Assembly: GCF_006345805.1 (NCBI RefSeq)
Contig: NC_042997.1
Span: 200,260,001-200,324,000 of the forward strand
Length of the DNA stretch: 64,000 bases
Direction of reading: 5' to 3'
Source of the DNA: Octopus sinensis
Lineage: Eukaryota
Shown: positions 25,391 to 37,662 of the stretch, piece by piece
How the letters are laid out: each line of letters starts with the position of its first letter
How positions within the stretch are numbered: position 1 is the stretch's first letter
The notes under the pieces: generated by a model
What the model was told of the DNA's origin: nothing
Databases searched by the model: none
The model's input: only the letters and a program-made list of their open reading frames with translations
Translations under genes and position numbers: made by a program

Positions 25391-25732
25391 AGGGTAAAGA
25401 CCCCCTTCGGTCATGAGTGACCATGGGTTTGCACCTAGAGAGTTACCCTCTGAGGCACAAGTCTGGGCAAGGTTGTTTTATGGAAGACCAGTAGTCGCCC
25501 ATGCATACCGGCCTCCCCTCTCCACACCACCAGTGTTATCCAAGGGAAAGACAAAGGTCGATACAGCTTGGCACCAGTGACATCGCAACTCATTTCTACA
25601 GCTGAGTGAACTGGAGCAACGTGAAATAAAGTGCCTTGCTCGTGAACACAACACGCAGCCCGGTCCGGGATTCGAGCTCACAACCTCACGATCGTAAGCT
25701 CGACGCTCTAACCACTGAGCCATGCGCCTTCA
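25391..25732 (-). mobile_element. tRNA-derived SINE family B
   Basis: Head GCGCATGGCTCAGTGGTTAGAGCG...GAGCTCGAATCCCGG; other copies at ~38640-38990 and ~52760-53055. Confidence 0.85.
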
Positions 25733-25944
25733 CACATACATACATACATACATACATACAAATGTACATACATACATACATACATATGTACATATATACA
25801 TACATATGTACATACATACATATGTACATATATACATATTTACATACATACATATATACATACATATGTACATACATACATATATATATACATACATACA
25901 TAAATATATACATACATACATATATAAATACATGCATAACTTAG

Positions 25945-26880
25945 AATAACTTAGAAAGGTTTTGGCCAGTATTGGCCCAGGCCATGTCTAACTTAATAGC
26001 ACCACCTGGCGAAGTCTTTCAATTCAGGATTTGGGCACCAAGGCCCATTCGAGCAGAGAGTTATTGTTTGCGGAGACATATCCGGGTGTGGGTGGTTTGT
26101 CCGAGACTGTTTGAAGGAATTTGTCCAAAGACTTCTTGAATTTTGTGTGGTCAGTTTCTTTTTTGACGTGTCCTGGTGTAATGTTGAAGAGAGCGGGTCC
26201 AATTGAGGTGAAATAGTTGTGCCGTATTGTCGTTATGTGATGTGATTTAGATTTTTGTTGTGGACGGATGGCACGTGGTCCAAGCCTTGGATGTATTTTG
26301 AAGGTGATGCCAACATCATTTGGACAGTGCTGATGGAATATTTTCCCCATCATACAGATAATGTAGCGTTCACGGCGTCGTTGGAGTGAATACAGTTTCA
26401 GCTTCTCTAGTCTACACCAGTAGTCAAGGTCTGACATGCCATCTATCTTTTTTGTGATTGACCTTTGGGGAGCTTCAATTCTCATAATATTTTGGTTTGT
26501 GTAGGGAGACCACAGTGGACAGCAGTATTCAAGGTGGGGTCGGGCAAAAGTGGAGAAGAGAAGGATAATAGTGTGGGAATCTCTCGACTGGAAGGTTCTG
26601 AGAATCCAGGAACACATTCTGCGGGCCATGTCAACTTTGCTGCTTATATGTGTAGCCCAGCTCATGTTGTTGTCCACTGTTACTCCCAAGTCTCTGATGT
26701 TGTTGGATGCCATGAGAATTTCTCCAGAAGGAAGAGAGTATGGGAGTTTCAGAGCGTCCTCCCTTCCAAAGTGGATCAGTTCGAATTTGTCTTCATTTAG
26801 CAACATGTTATTCTTTTCCGCCCATTGGACAACAGCCAGTAGGTCTGACTGAAGGCTTATTCGGTCATCCATGCCATTGA
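25945..26880 (-). mobile_element. 5'-truncated CR1/Jockey-group LINE (RT C-terminal half plus 3' UTR)
   Basis: DLLAVVQWAEKNNMLLNEDKF...IRDLGV...RPHLEYCCPLWSP...LYSLQRRRER; short repeated tail (TTCTAAGTTA). Confidence 0.92.
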
Positions 26881-27024
26881 TGACCTTCACATATATACAT
26901 ACATATATATATATATACATATATATATATACATACATACATACAAATATATATATATATACATACATACATATATATACATACATACATATATATACAT
27001 ACTTACATATATATACATACATAC

Positions 27025-27895
27025 ATACTTTGATACTTTGATACTTTGATAGGTTTCGGCCATTATTGGCCCAGGCCATGTCTAACTTAATAGCACCACC
27101 TGGTGAAGTCTTTCAAGTCAGAATTTGGGCACTATGGCCCACTCAAGTAGAGAGTTATTGTTTACAGAGACATATCCGGGTGTAGGGGGTTTATCCGGGA
27201 TTTCTTGAAGGAATCTGTCCAAAGACTTCTTGAACCCTATAGGGTCAGTTTCTGTTTTAATGTGTTTTGGTGTAATGTTAAAGAGAGCGGGGCCAATTGA
27301 GGTGAAATAATTGTGCCGTATTGTTATGAGATGAGAGTGCGATTTTTGTTTTGGGCGGATGGCACGGGGCCCAAGCCTTGGATGTACCTTAAAGGTGATG
27401 CCAACATCATTTGGGCAATGCTGATGGAATATTTTCCACATCATGCAGATGATGTAGCGCTCACGACGACGTTGGAGAGAATAGAGTTTTAGCTTTTCTA
27501 GTCGACCCCAATAGTCAAGGCCTGTCATGCCATCTATCTTTTTTGTGATTGCCCTTTGAGGTGCTTCAACTTTTATGATACCTTGTATTGTGTGGGGAGA
27601 CCACAGTGGACAACAGTATTCAAGGTGGGGTCGGGCAAAAGTGGAGAAGAGAAGGATAATGGTGTGGATATCTCTCGACTGGAAAGTTCTGAGAATCCAG
27701 GAACACATTCTGCGGGCCATGTCAACTTTGGTGTTTATATGAGTGGCCCAGCTTACGTTGTTGTCCACAATTACTCCCAAGTCTCTGATGTTGTTGGACG
27801 CCGCGAGAGTTTCACCTGAAGGAAGGGAGTATGGGAGTTTCAGGGCATCCTCTTTTCCAAAGTGGATTAGCTCAAATTTATCCTCAAATTTATCC
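27025..27895 (-). mobile_element. Second 5'-truncated copy of the same LINE family
   Basis: ORF 27118-27975 minus its microsatellite N-terminus; same 3' UTR; tail (TATCAAAG)n. Confidence 0.92.
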
Positions 27896-27912
27896 TTATG
27901 AATATATATATT

Positions 27913-27943
<31 letters not shown>

Positions 27944-27977
27944 ATATATACACATATATATAAATATATACACACAC

Positions 27978-28068
<91 letters not shown>

Positions 28069-28142
28069 CATATATATATATACATATATATGTATGCACA
28101 CACACACATATATATATATATATACATACATACATATATATA

Positions 28143-28510
28143 TGTGTGGTAAGTAGCTTGCTAACCAACCACATGGTTCCGGGTTCAGTCCCACTGCGTG
28201 GCATCTTGGGCAAGTGTCTTCTGCTATAGCCCCGGGCTGACCAATGCCTTGTGAGTGGATTTGGTAGACGGAAACTGAAAGAAGCCTGTCGTATATATGT
28301 ATATATATATAAGTGTGTGTGTATATGTTTGTTCCCTTAGCATTGCTTGACAGCCGATGCTGGTGTGTTTACGTCCCCGTCACTTAGTGGTTCGGCAAAA
28401 GAGACCGATAGAATAAGTACTGGGCTTACAAAGAATAAGTCCCGGGGTCGATTTGCTCGACTAAAGGCGGTGCTCCAGCATGGCCGCAGTCAAATGACTG
28501 AAACAAATGA
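28143..28510 (+). mobile_element. SINE family C
   Basis: Matches other copies. Confidence 0.85.
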
Positions 28511-28599
28511 CTAAAAAAAAAAAGAGTATACATATATATATGCATACATACATATATATATATATATATATACATACATATATATATATACACACACAC

Positions 28600-28662
<63 letters not shown>

Positions 28663-28784
28663 TATATATATACATACATATATATATATACACACACACA
28701 CATATATATATATACACACATATACATACATATATATACATTACTATATATATATGTATATGGATATACATACATATATATATA

Positions 28785-28825
<41 letters not shown>

Positions 28826-29529
28826 CCACACACACTTTTTCGTATTGAATGAATAGGTCTACACAATTGATATTTTTCAAACTGTTTATCTGTCAATTGA
28901 AATTTACATTTTAGATATCATCACCATCACCATCACCATCATTATCGTCATCGTCATCGTCATCATCATTATTATTGTTATTGGCTTATTCAATGAGCTT
29001 TCCATAAATATTTGCTGGATTTATCCAGAGAATAAATAAATTCCTTAAAAGTATATTAAAGAAGACATCTGTCAAAATATTTTGCCTTCATTATTTCATA
29101 TGCTTTTCTTTAGTTTTTTTTGTGTTAATTTTTTTTTTTATTCATCATTTGAAAACTGTAATAGCTAAATGTTTATTTATTCAATGTTAGAACAAAAACG
29201 AGAAAAGAAAATCACAAGAAACTCTTATGTATTTAAAGATTTTACTGATATGAGAGATGAAAATATTTTTGGAAATCCCAATACACAAATCGACACTAGA
29301 TTCCATTTGATATATATTGGTCTGAGTTACAGCCTTTACGGAACCAAGACTCATACTTGGACAAATAAATAAATATATTTTTTACTTAAAATAAGCAATG
29401 AAATAATGCTTTAATGATTTAAAAGTTCTTCATTTTACTCCGTCATAAAACAAAATGTAACTTTTCATGGATTTTGAAAATTTATATGAAAATATATATT
29501 GATTAAATTAATTAATCTATGATTCAAAG

Positions 29530-30150
29530 CAGTGGTTCTTAACGTTTTTGGGGCTGCTGCCCTGCTTAACATCTAGGCCACATTCCCAGCACCCTCTTCA
29601 CTCATTGTCCTCGCAAACATAGACCGGTCTGCAGCAAACATAGACCACTGTCTGCAGCAAACATAGACCGGTCTGCAGCAAACATAGACCACTGACTGCT
29701 GCAAACATAGACCACTGTCTGCTGCAAACATAGACCACTGCAGCAAACAAAGACCACTGTCTGCTGCAAACATAGACCACTGCAGCAAACAAAGACCACT
29801 GTCTGCTGCAAACATAGACCACTGCAGCAAACAAAGACCACTGTCTGCTGCAAACATAGACCACTGCAGCAAATAAAGACCACTGTAGCAAACATTGACC
29901 ACTGCAGCAAACATATACCACTGTAGCAAATAAAGACCACTGCAGCAAACATAGACCACTGCAGCAAACATAGACCACTGCAGCAAACATAGACCAACTG
30001 TTTTTTCCTGAATCAAACTTAACATAATTAACACGTTATTTTGTTGTTTTTACATCCATCACCCCCTTTTGGTGACCCCACCCCATTAGCAGCCACTGGA
30101 TCTTTCCACTGCCCCCAGGGTGGCTGTAGCAACCACTTTGGGAACCACTG
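29530..30150. mobile_element. hAT (Charlie-like) MITE containing a 19/25-bp minisatellite
   Basis: Termini CAGTGGTTCTTAA / TTGGGAACCACTG; internal array of ACTGCAGCAAACATAGACC variants at ~29620-29995; 8-bp TSD not conserved. Confidence 0.6.
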
Positions 30151-30585
30151 ATTTTTAAGGATTAAATGAGGGTGCAGTTTTGAAGCCACTTAACTTACAA
30201 GGAGTAAGCAGAAATGGAATAGGAATTTGTGGAATGTCTTTGATTCATTGATTCTGTTTGAGTGGGGAGCCCTGAGGTTAAGCAATAGCCACAGCAATTA
30301 TTTGGTGTATTTTATCCTCTTCTTGTTTCAATCATTTAACTGTGACCATGCTGGGGCACTGCCTTCAAGAATTTTTTGTCAAATGTATCAACCCTAATAC
30401 TTATGTTTTTTTTAAAGCATATTGGTCTTTTTTTGCTGAACTGCTTACTCATGAGGATGTAACTACACCAACACCGGTTGTCAAGTGGTTATGGGGGATG
30501 GACATAGACACAAAGATACATACATACATACTTACACGCGCACACACACACGCACACACATATATATATACACATACACACACAC

Positions 30586-30616
<31 letters not shown>

Positions 30617-30619
30617 TAT

Positions 30620-30925
30620 ATGGCCTCGTGCCGGTGGCACGTAAAAAGCACCATCCGTTCATGTCCATTGCCAGCCTCGCCTGGCCCCCGTGCCAGTGGC
30701 ACATAAAAGCACCATCCGTTTGTGGCCGTTTGCCAGCTCTGTCTGGCACCTGTGCGGGTGGTATGTAAAAAGCACCCACTACACTCATGGAGTGGTTGGT
30801 GTTAGGAAGGGCATCCAGCCGTAGAAACACTGCCAGATCAGACTGGAGCCTGGTGCAGCCTTGCGGCTTCACAGACCCCTGTTGAACCGTCCAACCCATG
30901 CTAGCATGGAAAACAGACGCTAAAC

Positions 30926-30958
<33 letters not shown>

Positions 30959-30960
30959 AT
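30620..30960 (+). mobile_element. RTE 3' UTR fragment with (GAT)n tail
   Basis: Same body as 60255-60675; further copies at ~17380-17715, 24695-24985, 31135-31420, 32418-32780, 33643-33878, 57393-57660, 58085-58340. Confidence 0.8.
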
Positions 30961-31571
30961 ATATATATATATACACATACATATACGTATACTTGTAGAG
31001 GTACCTGGCGTTGCTTGGGAATGTAATTGTTCCTTATATATTGGAAGAAAAAAGCAAAGTATGTTGTATAAAAATTTGTTATTCTAAATTCAATTTATTC
31101 TTCAATTGTGAAGAACTAATAATAATAATCATCATCATCATCATCGTTTAACGTCCGTTTTCCATGCTGGCATGGGTTGGATGGTTCAACTGGGGTCTGG
31201 GAAGCCAGAAGGCTGCACCAGGCGCAGTCTGATCTGGCAGTGTTTCTACAGCTGGATGCCCTTCCTAACGCCAACCACTCCGTGAGTGTAGTGGGTGCTT
31301 TTTACGTGCCAGACGAGGCTGGCAAACGGCCATGATCGGATGCTGCTTTTTACATGCCACTGGCACGGGGACCAGACAAAGCTGGCAACGGCCACGGTCG
31401 GATGGTGCTTTTTACGTGAAAAATAATAATAATAATAATAATAATGATAATAATGATAATAAACGAAAATACAAAATTTACCACATTTTTGAAGTGAGAT
31501 AAATTTTATCACATATGTTGAAGGAAATTACATAAGAACTTCTGGGTAAACAATATTCTTTGTTTATTGGT

Positions 31572-32413
31572 TTAGAGCATAGACAAACGAGTGTTGCAAA
31601 GTACCAACCCTGGAGCAACCAACATAAAGTTGACCAAGAGAAAAGCAAAGCAAATTAAGTGCAAGCCAGTAAATTTCAAAATCTGACCTTGAGCTTTATT
31701 AATAGACATTGCAAAGCAAAGTTGCATGGGGAATTGTGTTTGTTTGAACTCAAATGGCATGTCTGTTGGTTTGATTGGAATTCTTGGAATGAAAACCTCT
31801 TCCCTAGAGGCACATCCATTGATGATGGTAGCTTCTATCCCTTTAAGTGATAATGTCTTCATAATCAACCTTGTTCCATTGCATATTTTAGGATTTAAGT
31901 TTCTTAGAAGCATTATTAGGACTCCTAATTTCAGGAAAAGTTTTTGTGGAGCAGTTCCAGGTGGCTCAAGAGAATTAAGGAACTCTGTTGAGTAATGGAC
32001 AGCTTGATTTTCATCAAGGACTGAATCAACTGATTTGTACTCCTTAATGACTGTTGGAATCTTATTCATTAATTCATAGTTAATCCTTGCTACTGTCTCA
32101 TATTTTGGAGCAAGAATTGCACTTTCCCACAACCATTTATGTAAATTATGATTATTACTTTAAGTCTGGAAACACCCTGTTCTTCGATTCAGTTGGGGAA
32201 TTCACAAATTCACCATGATAGCAATATGAACCAAATTGATATCACCATTCCCATCAAATGATACTTTCCCATTTCCTAATTGGAGGACCCAGGATGCAAA
32301 CTGTTCTGCACATTGGTCCTCATGTAATAAAGCTCACACATTAGTACTGAAGGAGAATTTCTGTACTTTATTCCATAGGTGTGAAGACTTAATGCATACT
32401 TTTATTTCATCAC
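31572..32413 (-). mobile_element. Second Helitron PIF1-helicase fragment (C-terminal motifs)
   Basis: AILAPK...EFLNSLEPPG...IMLLRNLNPKICNGTRL...IPRIP...FKQTQFPMQLCFAMSINKAQGQ; upstream DEIKVCIKSSHLW in another frame. Confidence 0.9.
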
Positions 32414-34387
32414 ATAGTGGCCGATGCCAGCACCGCCTCGACTGGCTTCCGTGTCGGTGGCACGTAAAAAGCACCATCCGAATCATGGCTGAAGCCAGTG
32501 CCGCCTCGACTGGCTTCTGTGCAGGTGGCACGTAAAATGCACCAATCCGACCGTGGCCGATGCCAGCCTCGCCTGGCACCAGTGCAGGTGGCACGTAAAA
32601 AGCACCCACTATACTCACGGAGTGGTTGGCATTAGGAAGGGCATCCAGCTGTAGAAACATTGCCAGATAAGACCGGAGCCTGGTGCAGCCTTCTGGCTTC
32701 CCAGATCCCCGGTCGAACCGTCCAACCCATGCTAGCATGGAGAACGGACGTTAAACGATGATGATGATGATGATGACGATTATTCCTCTCAGAATGACTG
32801 ATAATGTCTGTCTGAAGAGGGAAGATGTAATTGATATCACTCTGATTTAAAAATTGCTGTTCTTGTGCTAAAATTTGAAATCATTGTTATCATTATTATT
32901 ATTATTGGGTGAGAGAACAGCACATGTCATCAAAGTGACACTGGGGTAAAAATATGCCAAGCCCAGTATACCCATTATGACTACCCATCTGATAAGGGTA
33001 CACCAGGCACATGTATCACAACCATATGTGTGCGAGATTATGATCTCATATCAAGATAAACAGTACAGGACCTTGCTGGTGGGGCCCAGTTAGAACATTC
33101 TTCAAGTTGAGTAGCCCATCCCACCCAAAAGGTCCCTGAATAAGGGTTAAGGATGTTGAACAAAACACTCATGTTTCCAGATTTGAATTATTCAAGCCTC
33201 AAAGAATTTCTCTCAACACATAGTTATGATGCTCTCCCACTACTTCTGCTCCTGATCAGTGATGCATATATTGTCAGCCACTAAGGGACATGCTTGAATA
33301 TTTAAGGTCAAACAACTGACAAGCAAATCTGTGATACTGAGCAGAATATTTACTGTAGCCCATCATTTTATTATTTTCTAATGGAGGACATCACTAGATT
33401 TTCTCAAATTTTATCGATTCATTTGAACTTGTGACTTACACAGCTTGAGAGAAAAATTATAGAGAAAGTCACTTTTCACAAATATAAATTCTAAACTATT
33501 TGCCACTGAAGATTGTAATAAACATACAAACAGCTGTCTTGCTTTTGTTAATTGTTTTAGATGCCTGTCTAGTCATAATCAAACCCCCAACATCCTGTTG
33601 TTCATTTCGTTCTTGACCCAATGGAATATCTGTGATGTGAGAACCATCCGTTTGTGGCCGTTTGCCAGCTCTATCTGGCACCTGTGCGTGTGGCACGTAA
33701 AAAGCACCCACTACACTCACGGAGTGGTTGGCGTTAGGAAGGGCATCCAGCCGTAGAAACACTGCCAGATCTGACTAGGCCTGATGAAGCCTTCTGGCTT
33801 CACAGACCCCAGTTGAACCGTCCAACCCATGCTAGCATGGAAAACGGACGCTAAACGATGATGATGATGATGATGATGTGACAGTTGGAGGGAGGAAGGT
33901 CTCCACTAATACCCAGTGAGTACTCCTTATGGATGAGTAAACTGGGAGCAGCATCAGATAAAGTATCTTGCTCAAGGAATTAACGAGAAATCCAGTCAAG
34001 GAATTGAACTCACACTCATTTGATTATGAGCCAAATGCCTCACTGGGCTGGATGCTACAATAAGAAGACACTGTAATAGTTGACCTTTGACATTTGACCC
34101 TTGATGAAATGAAAGACTAAATGTCATTATCGTTTAGGATCAAGTTAGCTATTTGCTAAAAATATTGAATTGTTATCATATTGACTCCATATACAACAGA
34201 ATTTATGTCCCATGTGGTGAAACAAAACTTGGTTTTGACATTGCAAATCCAGCATTTAATAAAATAAGCTGTTGGCATGTTTAAATCAGCCATAAGAAGA
34301 TTGAAATGTCATCTTATATTATTGAATTTATTAACTGATCTATATACCATTGATTGGTTTAATATCACTTATATATATTATATATAT

Positions 34388-34432
<45 letters not shown>

Positions 34433-34440
34433 ACATGTTC

Positions 34441-34471
<31 letters not shown>

Positions 34472-35159
34472 ATATGTGTGTGTGTAAGTATGTATGTATG
34501 TATATCATTTCAATGTTTCTTTCTCGGAATGACTTTGCTTGTATGTAAGAAAGCAGTTAAGATATGTATATATATTATATATATATATATATATTTACAC
34601 ACATACATATAAATGGTGTGATTTGAATAGGTTTGCAATAGAGTATTATTCCTTATGTGATGTGTTTACATCGATGTATCTGGGAATGTAACCTTGTCAT
34701 GTTTAATCTAGCCTGTGACATATCGCGGCAACTCACATTAAATGATTTTTACACTATAATATTTTTGAATATTAACCTCATTTTCAGACAGGAAGTATTT
34801 CTTGATATTTATATCTATGCAATATTTTGATTGATTTCATCTCTAAATATTATTGGTTGTGTAATTGGGAATTTAGCTTTCCAGCCACGTGGTTTCATGT
34901 TTAGTTCTATTGCGTAGCACTTTTGGCAAACGTAGGCCTTGACCAAAGCATTGAAGTGGATTTGGTTGAAGGAAACTAGAACTGAAAGAAGACCATCATA
35001 TATTCAATATACATATTAAAAATGGCCATATCACGTTGAAAGCACTGGTTCTCGTCTGATCACTGAAGTTAAGCAACATCGAGCTTAGTTAGTACTTAGA
35101 TGGGTGACTGCTTGGAAAACTTAGGTGCTGTAAGCGTCACACATCTTTTATAGGCACAG

Positions 35160-35535
35160 AAGTGGCTGTGTGGTAAGTAGGATGCTTACAAACCACATGG
35201 TTCCGGGTTCAATCCCACTGCATGGCACCTTGGGCAAAGTGTCTTCTACTATAGCCTCAGGCTGACCAAAGCGTTTCGTGCGGATTTGGTACACAGAAAC
35301 TGGAAGAAGCCCGTTGTATTATATGTATATATATGTGTTTGTGTGTCTGTGTTTGTCCCCCCAACATTGCTTAACAATTGATGCTGGTGTGTTTACTTCC
35401 CTGTAACTTAGCGGTTCAGCAAAAGAGACCGATAGAATAAGTACTAGGCTTACAAAGAATAAGTCCTGGGTCGATTTGCTCGACTAAAAGGTGGTGCTCC
35501 AGCATGGCCGCAGTCAAATGACTGGACCAAGTAAA
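35160..35535 (+). mobile_element. SINE family C
   Basis: Matches other copies (also ~38160-38545, 45843-46235, 54525-54962). Confidence 0.85.
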
Positions 35536-35999
35536 AGCCATATATATATATGGTACACCATTTGTTACGACAATGAGGATTTCAGTTGCTCTGATCAACA
35601 GAACAGCCTGTAAGTGGCTGAGTACTCCACAGACGTGTGAACACTTAATGTAGTTCTCAAGGAGATTCAGCTTGATACAGAATGTGACATGGCTGGCCCT
35701 TTGAAATACATGCACTACTCATTTTTGTCAGCTGAGTGGACTGGAGCAAGGTGAAATAAAGTGTCTTGCTCAAGGACACAATGTATTGCCGGGAATTGAA
35801 CTCACGAACTTATAGTCATGTGCTGCTTACCTTAACCACTAAGCCAGGCACTTTTACTTATACAGATATATATATATATACATATATATAAAATACAAAA
35901 TGGGACAAGAACGCAAAACATCCAGACAACTAGGTGATACAAAAAGGGACAACAAAACATCCAGATAGATGATACAAAAAAACAAAGACGGGTCATTCA

Positions 36000-36598
36000 T
36001 GGAGGCCCAATGGTCCAGTGGTTATGGCAGTGGACTTGCAGTCATAGGATCGCAGTTTCAATTCCCAGACTGTGAGTGTTTATTAAGCAGAAACACATAA
36101 AACCTCACAAGGCTCCAGAAGGTGTAGTGGTGAACCCTGCTGTACTCTTTCACCACAACTTTCTCTCACTCTTCCTTCCTGTTTCTGTTGTACCCATTTT
36201 TCATAGGGCCAGCCTTGTAACACTCTGTGTCATGCTGAATCTCCCTGAGAACTACGTTAAGAGTACACGTGTCTGTAGACTGCTCAGCTACTTGCACATT
36301 AATTTCACGAGCAGGCTTTTCCGTTGATCAGAGCAACTGGAACCTTCATCGTCATAACCAATGGAGTCCCATGACTTATATATGTATATATAAATGCATG
36401 TGTTTGAGTTGGTGTGTGTGTGAGTGTTTCTATATCTGTCTGTGTTTGTTGACATTTGTGATCACTGGTTAAAAAATTTTGGCAGGCAGTGTAGCTATCT
36501 TTAGTTCTGTCAACAAATAGTCCTTCAGGAATTTGATATATATCATGAAAATGTATGTATTATATGTATGTATGTACATATGTATGAATGTATGTATG

Positions 36599-36641
<43 letters not shown>

Positions 36642-37202
36642 CTATGCATGTATGTGTGTATGTTATGTATGTATGTATGTATGCATATATGTATGTATGA
36701 ATGTATGTACATATGTCTGTATGAATATATATGTATGTATGCACGTATATATGTATGTATGTATTTATATATATATGTCTGTATACATATATGTATGCAT
36801 GTATGTATGTATGTAATTATGGTGAAGTGCAATGGCCCAGTGATTAGAGCAGCAGTGATTAGAGTCATAGGATCGCAGTTTCGATTCCCAGACCAGGCGT
36901 TGTGAGTGTTTATTGAGCGAAAACACCTAAAGCTCCACAAAACTTGGGCAGCGGGTAGTGGCAAACCCTGCTGTACTCTTTCACCACAACTATCTCTCAC
37001 TCTTTTTTCCTGTTTCTGTTGTACCCGTATTTCAAAGTGCCAGTGTTGTCCCACTCTGTGTCATGCTGAATCTCTCTGAGAACTATGTTAAGGATATGTG
37101 TGTCTGTGGAGTACTCAGCCACTTGCACATTAATTTTATGAGCAGGCTGTTCCGTTGATTGGATCAACTGGAACCCTCGTTGTCGTAATCGGCAGAGTGC
37201 CA
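36000..37202 (+). mobile_element. Two copies of tRNA-derived SINE family A separated by a microsatellite
   Basis: Heads GGAGGCCCAATGGTCCAGTGGTTA / GCAATGGCCCAGTGATTAG; third copy at 53917-54297. Confidence 0.85.
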
Positions 37203-37204
37203 TG

Positions 37205-37237
<33 letters not shown>

Positions 37238-37472
37238 TGTATGTATGTATGTATGTATGTATGTATACAAGCATGTCCAGAAACAAAATGTAAATCATGT
37301 ACAAAACACAAAGCATGTACCTTGGCTGTCAATTTTTCAATTGCTATTAGAATATACCTGAAACTCATCAGGTATGTTGACTAAGCAACTGATGAAAGGG
37401 TGCTGACTAGGCAACAGGGGAGATAGAAACAGTAGGTGCAATATAGGCAAAAGGCCCAGATATAGTTATATA

Positions 37473-37662
37473 CAGGGTGGGTCAAACGTTATGCAACAAA
37501 ACATTTCACCTTTTATATTATGTTATTTTTATTATTATTTATTTTGTTCACCATGAACCAGAATTTTAGTTATTTTATTCAATTTTAGATATATTGAAGC
37601 ATGTCTTTGACAATTCCAGAGCATATTGAACTTATTTTGTACATGGCTTTTGGCCCATCCTG
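37473..37662. mobile_element. Tc1/mariner MITE
   Basis: TA|CAGGGTGGGTCAAA ... TTTGGCCCATCCTG|TA: 12/14 TIR match and TA target duplication. Confidence 0.8.

Noticed and set aside
26024-27079. 351-aa ORF as an intact gene
   Set aside because: N-terminus is a neighbouring LINE UTR plus microsatellite; only the C-terminal part is RT, lacking the catalytic YADD region
29620-29995. CRISPR-like repeat array
   Set aside because: No unique spacers; a pure tandem minisatellite in eukaryotic DNA with no cas genes
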